A stretch of 27,074 nt of DNA from a virus. Lineage: Duplodnaviria; Caudoviricetes. The notes beneath the pieces were generated by a model, which ran no database searches, had not been told where the DNA came from, and saw only the letters and a list, made by a program, of their open reading frames with translations. The stretch lies in IMG/VR virus record IMGVR_UViG_3300023214_000354, positions 1-27,074 of that record; one strand, given 5' to 3'. The stretch's first letter is position 1. Each line of letters begins with the position of its first letter. Positions 1 to 7,953 of this stretch are shown here, piece by piece. The position numbers and the translations under genes are program-made.

Positions 1-2823
1 GAGCGCCGAATCGAACTCGAGGAACCCCCGGACGACCTTGCTTTGCGCCTCGTCTTCAATCTCGCGGAACGCGAAATCGATCTGGCCGAACTCGGTGAAC
101 TCGGTCCTGTCGGTGCCGGCGTCGGTCGCGCGCGACGGGTCGCTGCCGCGCACCTGGAATTTCGGCACACTACCGCCCCCGAAAATGCCGCCCAGCAGCC
201 CGCCGATCGCGCTGCCCAACGCTGGCCCGATGACCGGAATGAAGCTACCAGCCAGTGCGCCAGCGGCCGAGCCGACACCCTGGGCCACGTTCCCGGACAG
301 CGCCTGGCCTATCCCCAATGCCACGCCGCCGAACGCGTCGGCGACGCGCTGCTGCGATTCCGGCGACAGATCGAAGCGCTCGAATGCCCGTTCGAGGCCG
401 CCGCGGAACACCTCGCCCACCTGTTCGCTGACCCGCTGCGAGCCGAAGGCCGTGAACGCCTGGCTGATGGCGCCGCCAAGCCCGGACCCGTTGAGCACGG
501 CCGTAGCGATATTCGAGCCGATGCCGCCGAAACTGTTCAGGATTTCCTGCGTCTGCGCCTGGTCGGCAAGCGCCCGCGTGGTGCGCTCGATCTCGTCGCG
601 TCGCTGGCGCTCGGCCTCGGTGAGCTCGCCGGTGGTCGGAATGCCGGCCGCGCGCAGGTTGTTGGCGATTTCCTGCTGGATGTTGAGTTCGCGCAGCGCG
701 TCTTCGCCGGCACGCCTGGCGTCGAGCTCGGCCTGTAGCTGTTCGAGGAATTCGTCGGCGCGTTCGAGATCCACCTGGCCGACCTGTGCCAGGCGATCGC
801 GCAGAAAAGCGAGCGACTGGGCCACGTCGTCGGTCGCCAGGCCGAGGGCGGCGAGCTCTTCTTCGGAGAGCCCGGACGCGCGCTCGAAGCGCTCGATTTC
901 CTCAGTGATTCGACGCTGCTCGGCGCGCACCGGATCCATCTGCTCGAGCAGGCTCTCAAACGAGCTCTGCAGCTCGTCGTTAGCTTCCTTACGCGCCCGC
1001 GCGGCTTCCTCGGCCGCTTTTTTGGCGGCTTTTTCGGCCGCTTCCTGCTGCTCGAGCCGCTCGGTATGGGCCTCGAGCGCGCCTTCCAAACGCTCGCGCT
1101 CGGCAATCTGGGCGCGAACGGCGTCGGTGTTGGCCGTGGTGCCGTCTTTGGCGTCCTGCTCGGCGGCCGCGGTCAGCAGCAGCGCGTCCTGATAATCCTG
1201 CGCGGCCTGCTCGCCTGCGACGAGCTCGATGACCTGCAGGCGCAGTTTTGCGATTGGGTCGGTCAGTGCATCGGCGAATTCCTTGGTCGCGCCGCCAAGG
1301 CTCTCTTGCTCGGCAGCCAATTCCGCTGCGCGCTGGCGAAGGCGATCAATTTCAGATTCTGTCAGCTCCAGCCCCTCACGAAGGCCGGCGAGCTGCGCTA
1401 CCAACTCAGCATTGCCGCGGATGATCTCGTCGGACCCGACGCCGAGCGATTCACCTACCGCCGCGGACTGCTGGATCTGGCTCTCGATTTCCGAGATTTT
1501 TGCCAGCGCGTCGGCCTGGTCGTCGAGCAGCCGATCGAGCTGCAGCTGATTGGCGGACTTGCCGAGGTTGTTCATCCGCTCGATCAGCTCGTCGGTTTCC
1601 CGGCTCGCCGCCTGCGCGCCGGAAACAAACCGGCCGCCAAACAACGTCGCCAGCGACCCGACGGCGACGATCAGACCAACGGGACCGCCCAGCACGGCGA
1701 GCAGCCCGCGACCGGCTGTGGCCACTGCGCTGGTCGTCGCTGCCAATGCAGTCCCGGCCGCGCTCGTGGTCCGCCAGCCGCTGGCGAGCTGCGCAGACAG
1801 TGCAATGTTCAATGTTTTACGACCAGCCGCGGCAGTTAACGCGCTGGTCAGGCGCGAACCCACCAGCACCGCGAGCACCTGCCCCGTGGTGGTGACCGTG
1901 CCCCAGTTCTCGACGAGCGCATCGCCGACGCCGATCAATGACTGACCTGCACCGACCAGATCATCGATTGCCGGAGCAAGGCGTTCGCCGAAATTCTCGC
2001 TCAACTGCCGGGCGTCACGTTCCAGCAAGCGCAGCTGATTGGCATTACTGTCGACCGTGCGCTCCTGATCGCCCAACGCGTCCTGCGATCCCCGCGTTGC
2101 GGCCTCCATCACCGCCAACGCTCGCGACGTATTGTCGAGCGCCTGGCCTTCACGGATCAGTCCCTGCTCTAGGGCGATCGTCTGCAACGCCAACTCGCGC
2201 ACGTCCACGCCGAAGCGCCGCAGCGGTTCGGACTCGCCGACCAGGCCCGAGCGCAGCGCGTTGAGCGCTTCGGCGACGGGTACGTTATTGAAGCTCGACA
2301 GGTCTCCGGCCAGGCGAAGGATCTCGACGGACAGGTCGGCCGCCTCTTCGCGTGCCAGCCCCATCGGCACAAGCAGGTCCTGAATCCCCGCGCTCATTGC
2401 CTCGAGCTCGGACCGGGTGGCCGGGAAGAACGGCAGCATCTGCTCGAACTCGGCGCGCACGCGCGCGGCGGCCGGCCCCATGACCACGTCGAACTTGTTG
2501 GCGGTTTCCTCGGCGGCGGTGGCCGCGAGCGTGGCGTCCTTGGCCAGGCGCAGCAGCTCCCGGCCGCCGAGCAGACCGCCGATTGCGGCGGCCACACCGG
2601 CGGCGGCGCGGGTGGTTATGCCCAGGCTTCGGGTGGTGGACTCGGCCGAGTTGCCGATCCGCTTGAGCTGTCGGTCGACCTGGTTCAGTCCGTCGGATGC
2701 TCTCCTGCCGCCGCGCTCGCCCTCGCGCCCCAGCTCTCCGACCTTGCGCCCGGCCGCATCCAGCACGCTGATCATGCCGCCGGCTTCGGCGCGCAGTCTG
2801 AGTGTGGTTACAAGATCGGTCAC
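1..2823 (-). CDS. Tail tape measure protein (3' end outside window, >=941 aa)
   Basis: Not in the ORF track because it runs off the window. GTG at 2823 gives MTDLVTTLRLRAEAGG...LQSGLVGESEPLRRFGVDVRE; Ala/Glu-rich helical content; frame spot-checked open at ~1950 and at position 1; follows the chaperone pair. Confidence 0.9.
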   Translation of the reverse strand, partial: MTDLVTTLRLRAEAGGMISVLDAAGRKVGELGREGERGGRRASDGLNQVDRQLKRIGNSAESTTRSLGITTRAAAGVAAAIGGLLGGRELLRLAKDATLAATAAEETANKFDVVMGPAAARVRAEFEQMLPFFPATRSELEAMSAGIQDLLVPMGLAREEAADLSVEILRLAGDLSSFNNVPVAEALNALRSGLVGESEPLRRFGVDVRELALQTIALEQGLIREGQALDNTSRALAVMEAATRGSQDALGDQERTVDSNANQLRLLERDARQLSENFGERLAPAIDDLVGAGQSLIGVGDALVENWGTVTTTGQVLAVLVGSRLTSALTAAAGRKTLNIALSAQLASGWRTTSAAGTALAATTSAVATAGRGLLAVLGGPVGLIVAVGSLATLFGGRFVSGAQAASRETDELIERMNNLGKSANQLQLDRLLDDQADALAKISEIESQIQQSAAVGESLGVGSDEIIRGNAELVAQLAGLREGLELTESEIDRLRQRAAELAAEQESLGGATKEFADALTDPIAKLRLQVIELVAGEQAAQDYQDALLLTAAAEQDAKDGTTANTDAVRAQIAERERLEGALEAHTERLEQQEAAEKAAKKAAEEAARARKEANDELQSSFESLLEQMDPVRAEQRRITEEIERFERASGLSEEELAALGLATDDVAQSLAFLRDRLAQVGQVDLERADEFLEQLQAELDARRAGEDALRELNIQQEIANNLRAAGIPTTGELTEAERQRRDEIERTTRALADQAQTQEILNSFGGIGSNIATAVLNGSGLGGAISQAFTAFGSQRVSEQVGEVFRGGLERAFERFDLSPESQQRVADAFGGVALGIGQALSGNVAQGVGSAAGALAGSFIPVIGPALGSAIGGLLGGIFGGGSVPKFQVRGSDPSRATDAGTDRTEFTEFGQIDFAFREIEDEAQSKVVRGFLEFDSAL

Positions 2824-2826
2824 AGG

Positions 2827-3174
2827 CTATTTCCGGTTGGCCACTTCTCCGAACCCGGCCTCTAGCACGCGGATGCGGCTGAGCAGGTCCTCGTTGAATC
2901 TCACGCCGACCGCGGCGGCGGTCTCCCTGATCTCGGTTGTCGGCAGACCGTGGTACTGGGCGAGACCGAACCCGACCAGATACGTCGGCTTGGCTAGTGC
3001 GAACACCCTGACCGCTTCGACGTTGCTTTCAAGCACTTCGATTTTGGTCTGCGCATCAGCCCGTGGCGCAGCCATCCAGGGCGGCAAATTCAGCGCTGCA
3101 ATCTCGCGCCGTGTTGCTTCACGGCCTGATTGTGCGGGACGCTGTCGGGCTAGCTGGCGCCCGACTTCCCGGAG
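2827..3174 (-). CDS. Tail assembly chaperone second ORF (gpT/DUF1799-like), reached by -1 frameshift
   Basis: Frame of ORF 2827..3087 stays open up to the slippery site; ...EVLESNVEAVRVF...YHGL...LLSRIRVLEAG resembles DUF1799-type chaperones. Confidence 0.75.
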   Translation of the reverse strand, partial: LREVGRQLARQRPAQSGREATRREIAALNLPPWMAAPRADAQTKIEVLESNVEAVRVFALAKPTYLVGFGLAQYHGLPTTEIRETAAAVGVRFNEDLLSRIRVLEAGFGEVANRK

Positions 3175-3665
3175 TTTTTTTCCGCGGCCCTCGACACACG
3201 CTCGATGAAGGCCTGCGCGGTCGGCACCAGCAAGTTGACGTGGTCCATGACGAGCGCGCGGGTTTCAGCGCTGCCGAGCAGGTTCCCGTCGTCGCCTGTG
3301 ACTTCGAGCTGGTGTGCCGCCACGAAAAATTCGTCCAGCAGCGTCACGTCGGAACTCGCGGCCGCTTCCTCGACCTTCTCGAGTTCACGTTTGAGCTCTT
3401 CCAGGTCATGCTCGACGTGGCGGATCTTCTCTGACTCGCCCTTGCCGTAGAGGTCGTCGAGCCGGCGTTCGAGCCGTTCCGTCTGGCGCCTGAGCTCGAT
3501 CTGGCGCCGGACACGCCGCCGCCGGTCGCGCTCGATTTCCATCATGCGCCCGCGACCGATTTCGACGAACTCGGCGATGAAGTGTTCGACGGATTCGCGA
3601 CCCGTCTCATCGACGACCTTGACTGGCACCTTCGTCTTCCAGGTGCCCGTGACCTTGTATTTCAT
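3150..3665 (-). CDS. Tail assembly chaperone (lambda gpG-type), 171 aa
   Basis: AAGGAG SD (3671-3676) before ATG 3665, MKYKVTGTWKTKVPV...; ends EKNSGKSGAS; lies between tail tube and tape measure. Confidence 0.8.
   Translation of the reverse strand: MKYKVTGTWKTKVPVKVVDETGRESVEHFIAEFVEIGRGRMMEIERDRRRRVRRQIELRRQTERLERRLDDLYGKGESEKIRHVEHDLEELKRELEKVEEAAASSDVTLLDEFFVAAHQLEVTGDDGNLLGSAETRALVMDHVNLLVPTAQAFIERVSRAAEKNSGKSGAS
3174..3180 (-). other. Programmed -1 frameshift slippery heptamer A AAA AAC
   Basis: Minus strand GAA AAA AAC near the 3' end of the chaperone; the -1 frame is continuous with 2827..3087 (3174-3087=87). Confidence 0.8.
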
Positions 3666-3694
3666 GCTTGCTCCTTGATTTTGCGGGGGGTAGA

Positions 3695-4186
3695 TCAGTC
3701 GATCACCGGCGGCGTGAGGCGCTTCAGCCTGAGCGTGCCCTGGCACACCGGTGGCAACGGCGAGGCCTGCGGCCGCGGGTCGCAGCCCGGGCCACCGAAA
3801 ACAGGCAGTACATAGTCGAGCAGTAGCTGGCCATCGCGCCTGCGCAGTCGCATTTCGCCGGCGCTCGCGTCGCATTCGGCGAACAGGCCGGGGAATGCCC
3901 CTGCACATAGCTGCAAGATCACCCATTCCTCGGAATGCTCGATTACGTCGGACAACATCCAGATCGGCTCGGGCCCGTCGGGCGCATAGGTGTACCAACT
4001 GACGAGTGCGCCGGCCGGCCGGCCGGTTGGCTGCTCGGGCCAGGCGACCACAATCACCCCGGAGCGCTCTAGCCCGGCGGCCGAATAGTGGCCGGTATCC
4101 CCGGGCTCGATATCGAGGGCAAGCGCTGCGCCTGCCAGCAGGCCGGCTATGACGCCGGACATCAACAGCATCATCAATCGCTTCAT
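3695..4186 (-). CDS. Secreted protein with signal peptide (moron-like), 163 aa
   Basis: GAGGAGG SD; MKR + hydrophobic stretch + ALA cleavage motif; beta-rich LVSWYTYAPDG..WML motif; four Cys. Confidence 0.8.
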   Translation of the reverse strand: MKRLMMLLMSGVIAGLLAGAALALDIEPGDTGHYSAAGLERSGVIVVAWPEQPTGRPAGALVSWYTYAPDGPEPIWMLSDVIEHSEEWVILQLCAGAFPGLFAECDASAGEMRLRRRDGQLLLDYVLPVFGGPGCDPRPQASPLPPVCQGTLRLKRLTPPVID

Positions 4187-4196
4187 GTCAGCCTCC

Positions 4197-5201
4197 TCAG
4201 ACCGTCGCCGGCCGCTTGCCGAAGGTCAGCTCGTAGTCGTCGTTGCCGTTGACCGGCAGCGCCACGAATCCGACGTCCCAGGCCTTGTCGCCGTCGACGT
4301 CGACCAGCACTGGCTCGTCGAGCTGCACGGCCGGGGCAAACCAGGACTGGTTGCGCCATTCTTCGGTGTGTGCGTAATCGACCAGCAGCGGCACCTTGGC
4401 GCGCGAGTTGACCATCGAGCGGATATCGCTGGTGGCGATCTCGGGCCGGTAGATCCGCATCGTGCCCGTGACCGCGCGGGCGCGCTGCAATGCCCGGGTA
4501 GATTCGGTCGAGTAGCGCAGCGCCAGGTTGATGCCGAAATCGAGGTTGACGCTGATGCCGTCGAGCGCAACGCCGTCGAGCAGGATGGACATGTCGGCGA
4601 ATACGCCGGTGTTGCCGTCCTCGGTGCCAACACTGGGATCGGCAAAAGCGCTCGTGTCGACGTTGGCGGGCACGTCGTCCTCGCTGATTTCGAGCACCTT
4701 GCCCAGGGTTTCCTGCTGCGCGGTCGGGATCCCGTTGATCGAGAGCTCGGCCGTGTTCAGTCGCGAGCGAGAGCCCACGATCTTGAAAAACTCGCCGTCG
4801 TGGTAGAAGTACGAGCTCGCAGACGGAATGTTCTTCAGGATCGGGTTGTACTGCACCGCGTCGAAGACCTCGGGCGGGCCCGGGTCGGCAACCAGCACCG
4901 TCTCGACGTGGCCGGCCGCGCGAATCAGGCTGGAGTTCGGCGGGGCCGCGCCGGCGGTGGTCGCGCCAACCAACTCGATGCCGCCGGTGATGGTCGCGCG
5001 CCGGCGGATCTTGGTGCGCGGCCGGGCGCCGCCCTGCGGCTGGTCGATCTCGCGCTCGAGGTCGTCATCCTGTACCGACACTTCGCCACCGAGCAACAAG
5101 ATGGCGTTCGTGGCCGGATCCGGCACTGAATCAGTGCCTTCGGTGGCCTCGATTTTGTGCAGAAATGCGCGGATGTCGAATTTGTCGTCGGTCAATGGCA
5201 T
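4197..5201 (-). CDS. Major tail (tube) protein, non-contractile type
   Basis: KIEATEGTDSVPDPATNAILL N-terminus and ALPVNGNDDYELT C-terminus typical of siphovirus-type Mu-like tail tubes; no sheath gene in the module. Confidence 0.85.
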   Translation of the reverse strand: MPLTDDKFDIRAFLHKIEATEGTDSVPDPATNAILLLGGEVSVQDDDLEREIDQPQGGARPRTKIRRRATITGGIELVGATTAGAAPPNSSLIRAAGHVETVLVADPGPPEVFDAVQYNPILKNIPSASSYFYHDGEFFKIVGSRSRLNTAELSINGIPTAQQETLGKVLEISEDDVPANVDTSAFADPSVGTEDGNTGVFADMSILLDGVALDGISVNLDFGINLALRYSTESTRALQRARAVTGTMRIYRPEIATSDIRSMVNSRAKVPLLVDYAHTEEWRNQSWFAPAVQLDEPVLVDVDGDKAWDVGFVALPVNGNDDYELTFGKRPATV

Positions 5202-5221
5202 TGCGGTTCTCCGTTATGCGC

Positions 5222-5437
5222 TCAGCCGCGCTTGCTGGCGGTCTTGCCGCCGGACTTGGCCGCCTTGGTTTGTGCCTTTGCCCGGGCTTTGGCCTCGCGC
5301 TTGGCGCGCCGCGCGCTGGCGGGCTCGGGCGGCTGCTGCTTGTGCTCGTCGATCGGCACGTGCTTGCCACCTTCATAGCGGTACCGGCGCCCGTCGTTGG
5401 GCGGCTTCGGGACCTGTTTGATCTTTTCGTCGGGCAT
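5222..5437 (-). CDS. Small basic virion-module protein
   Basis: GAGG SD; fits between gp37 and tail tube; Lys/Ala-rich tail. Confidence 0.7.
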   Translation of the reverse strand: MPDEKIKQVPKPPNDGRRYRYEGGKHVPIDEHKQQPPEPASARRAKREAKARAKAQTKAAKSGGKTASKRG

Positions 5438-5447
5438 TAGCGCATCC

Positions 5448-5900
5448 TCAAACGTTGGTGATCGTGTAGTCGGCCTGGTAGATGTCCTGCCACCAGACGA
5501 CCGCGTTTCGATAACTCAGCAACCGGCCCTGTCCGCCGAGGCGCATCGGCGTGCGATTCGATTGCGGGTGGATCCAGCCGAGCAGCGCTGCACGCTGTGC
5601 CGCGAGAATAGATTCGATGTCGTCTGCTGCACCCGCGCCGCGCTCGCTTACCCGATAGTCGCGCACCGCGGTGATCACGCCGATTGCGCCGGTTACCTGC
5701 TGGCGGAATCGCTGCGTGGACGTCGTTACGCTGCCGGGCCGGTCGTTCGAAAGCAGCACATAGGCCGCCGGTGTCGCCGGTGCGCGCTCGCGCTGCGCGG
5801 CCTCGAGGTCGGCCGCGCCGCCGACAAATCGCAACGCCGAGACCTGCGCCGTGAGCCGATCGATTACAGGCCCGATCGCCAGCGGCCCGTACTCGGGCAT
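5448..5900 (-). CDS. Tail terminator / Mu gp37-like protein
   Basis: VGGAADL...PAAYV...RAALLGW...VWWQDIY; coupled to gp36. Confidence 0.8.
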   Translation of the reverse strand: MPEYGPLAIGPVIDRLTAQVSALRFVGGAADLEAAQRERAPATPAAYVLLSNDRPGSVTTSTQRFRQQVTGAIGVITAVRDYRVSERGAGAADDIESILAAQRAALLGWIHPQSNRTPMRLGGQGRLLSYRNAVVWWQDIYQADYTITNV

Positions 5901-6397
5901 CAGAAGTCCGAGAGCGTGTCATTGGTAAACACCCGGTCGCTCTTGTCTTTGGTGCCGACCGGGCCGGCGGTGCCGCCCGGGTTGGGGTCGTCCTGGCCCA
6001 GTCGCATATCGCCGGCGGCCAGCGCCTTGAGCGTGCGGATCGAATCCTCGTAGCGCTTGCGGATCTCTTCGGTTGCCGAATCGTCGTGCAGGAAGAACCG
6101 CGCGGTGTTTGCGGCCACCCGCTTCATCAGGCTCGGCACCGGATCCAGCGGCAGCGTGTAGCGGCGAGCCAGCCGGCCGTCGATCTCCTGCGAGGCATCT
6201 GCAAGGGCGTCATCGATGCGCTGCAGGCCGGCTGCAGCCGCCTCGACCTCGTCGGCCGGGAATGCACTGGTGTCCTCGCCCAGGATGGTGGCGCGCATCA
6301 GCTCGGCCGATACGCGCGCCATCGACTGCGGCGGTGCGACCTGCGCCAGTTCCGCTGCGTCGAAGCGTTCCATCAGTTCCTGGGCGGTCAGGTACAC
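5900..6397 (-). CDS. Head-tail adaptor, Mu gp36/DUF1320 family
   Basis: MYLTAQELMERF...ALADASQEIDGRLARRYTLPL...IRKRYEDSIRTLKALAAGDMRLG. Confidence 0.9.
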   Translation of the reverse strand: MYLTAQELMERFDAAELAQVAPPQSMARVSAELMRATILGEDTSAFPADEVEAAAAGLQRIDDALADASQEIDGRLARRYTLPLDPVPSLMKRVAANTARFFLHDDSATEEIRKRYEDSIRTLKALAAGDMRLGQDDPNPGGTAGPVGTKDKSDRVFTNDTLSDF

Positions 6398-6412
6398 CAG
6401 CTCACCCCTGCC

Positions 6413-6634
6413 TTAGCTCTTGCCGCCGGACTTGCTTTCCGACTTCCCGCCGGACTTGCCGCCGGGCTTGCCGCCGGGCTTGGCGGCCGGGTCCTCGGCC
6501 GGGCCGGCCGGCGATACGCGTTGGCCGAGCTGCTCGGCCTCGGCCTTCGTCAGCGCGAACGGCTCGTCGCCGGGGCGGTGAAGGCGCGGCGGCTTGCCGG
6601 CCTTCACGGGCATGGTGGCTGTGTATTTGCTCAT
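6413..6634 (-). CDS. Small post-capsid protein with KxGG repeats
   Basis: AAGGAG SD; AEAEQLG core; C-terminal KPGGKPGGKSGGKSESKSGGKS. Confidence 0.75.
   Translation of the reverse strand: MSKYTATMPVKAGKPPRLHRPGDEPFALTKAEAEQLGQRVSPAGPAEDPAAKPGGKPGGKSGGKSESKSGGKS
6418..6482. repeat. Degenerate 12-bp tandem repeat (cttgccgccggr)
   Basis: About five copies, encoding the KPGG/KSGG repeats. Confidence 0.8.
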
Positions 6635-6643
6635 GTCAGCTCC

Positions 6644-7591
6644 TTACGCTGCCGGCGCGCCGGCGTCCTGGATCAGGTAGCCCGCTTCCATGCCCGCCAG
6701 CACCGGCGAGTTGTCGAAGCTCACGCCGTAGATCCAGCTCTTGGAGTTGTCGTCCCAGTACGGGTTCTCGACCAGCGGGTGGCCTTCGATCACGTAGGTG
6801 TAGGCGAAGCTCGGCTCTTCTTGCTGCGGGCTGGGGTTGGTGTTGACGTAACCCATCACCGCGTCGGTGCCCCATACGTCGCTGAACACATCTTCAAAGC
6901 CGCTGGCGATCTTGGCCTTGCCGATGACAACCTCGTCGATTTCCGCGAGGTTGGCGAACATTTCGAGCGTCAGCGCGTCGCGCGTGGTGTGCTTGATGCG
7001 CTCGATCAGCTTCGGGTGCACGCGCAGCGCGCGCCAGGCCTTGTTGCTGAGCACCATCCGGTTCGGCTCGATGCCCACCTGGTCGGAGATCGCTTCCTGC
7101 CCCAGGCTGATGTCGCCGAGCGGATCGGAACCGCCGTCGGTCCAGCGGGCGGCCCCGGCCAGCGCCACCTTGTTGTCGGCGCCGTAGCTGGCCGGATCGC
7201 GCGCGATTGTCGCGGCGGTGTTCTCGTGCTCGAGGTTGAGCGCGCGCAAGGTAAGGTTTACTGCACGCCTGGCCAGATCCACGCCGGGGACCTGCTCGGC
7301 GTCGCGCATCCGCTCGCGCGGCACCGGCGCCTCCAGCGCGCTCGGCTGAATTGAGAACGGTTTGCCCTCGAAGCCGAACTGCACGCGCTTGGTATTGGCT
7401 CCGGGCGCGCGCTTGGTGTTATACAGCCGGAAGGATTCTTTGCCGAACTCGATTACCTTGCCTCCATAGGCGACCACGCTGACCAGCGGGAATAGCGTGC
7501 GCGCGACGAGCTCTGGCTGGAGAAAGCCTTGTGCTATCTCCGAGAGGACCGGGTCGACGACCCGCGTTTGCGTCAGATTTTGCTGCGGCAT
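6644..7591 (-). CDS. Major capsid protein
   Basis: TRVVDPVLSEIAQGF...GKVIEFGKESFRLYNTKRAPGANTKRVQFG...PSFAYTY...AGYLIQDA; follows protease and decoration genes. Confidence 0.92.
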   Translation of the reverse strand: MPQQNLTQTRVVDPVLSEIAQGFLQPELVARTLFPLVSVVAYGGKVIEFGKESFRLYNTKRAPGANTKRVQFGFEGKPFSIQPSALEAPVPRERMRDAEQVPGVDLARRAVNLTLRALNLEHENTAATIARDPASYGADNKVALAGAARWTDGGSDPLGDISLGQEAISDQVGIEPNRMVLSNKAWRALRVHPKLIERIKHTTRDALTLEMFANLAEIDEVVIGKAKIASGFEDVFSDVWGTDAVMGYVNTNPSPQQEEPSFAYTYVIEGHPLVENPYWDDNSKSWIYGVSFDNSPVLAGMEAGYLIQDAGAPAA

Positions 7592-7601
7592 TTCGGCTAC
7601 C

Positions 7602-7943
7602 TCAATTCGGGATGATCAAGACTTCGATGCGTTCGTTGAGCCCACTGGCGGCCGTAACCGCACGAGCTACAGTGATGCCAGCCGATTTCGGGACTGCAGT
7701 CCCGACTGAACCGACCTCCAGCTCATCGCCGACGGCTACTGCAGCGCCGGCGATCACGACAGCGGTGCCAAGGACGTCCAGCGGTACCATATCGCCGGTT
7801 TTGCCGTCGGAGCGATACACGCCGGCAGCGTTGCCGCCTGCCGGGGCCATCTGTCCATCGAGCGTCCCGAATGAGTCGCCGGCGACGCCGGGGTCCGCCG
7901 CGACCTCGACCGACAGGGTCAGTAAGGGTACGTTTTGGGTCAT
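7602..7943 (-). CDS. Capsid decoration/cement protein (DUF2190-like)
   Basis: Small Gly/Ala/Val-rich protein, VDVLGTAVVIAGAAVAVGD-type motif, ending IEVLIIPN. Confidence 0.8.
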   Translation of the reverse strand: MTQNVPLLTLSVEVAADPGVAGDSFGTLDGQMAPAGGNAAGVYRSDGKTGDMVPLDVLGTAVVIAGAAVAVGDELEVGSVGTAVPKSAGITVARAVTAASGLNERIEVLIIPN

Positions 7944-7953
7944 GATCGGGTCC

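Noticed and set aside
38-3208. Long + strand ORFs (38..1192, 43..738, 1066..1839, 2417..3208)
   Set aside because: Antisense shadows of the high-GC tape measure gene; no recognisable motifs
3666-3998. Extended 5' ends given by the ORF track (e.g. 3998, 15414, 16892, 19247, 20449, 20739, 23213, 25239, 26289)
   Set aside because: They overlap upstream genes; downstream starts have SD motifs or stop/start coupling
6418-6482. Repeats as a possible CRISPR array
   Set aside because: 12-bp coding tandem units with no unique spacers
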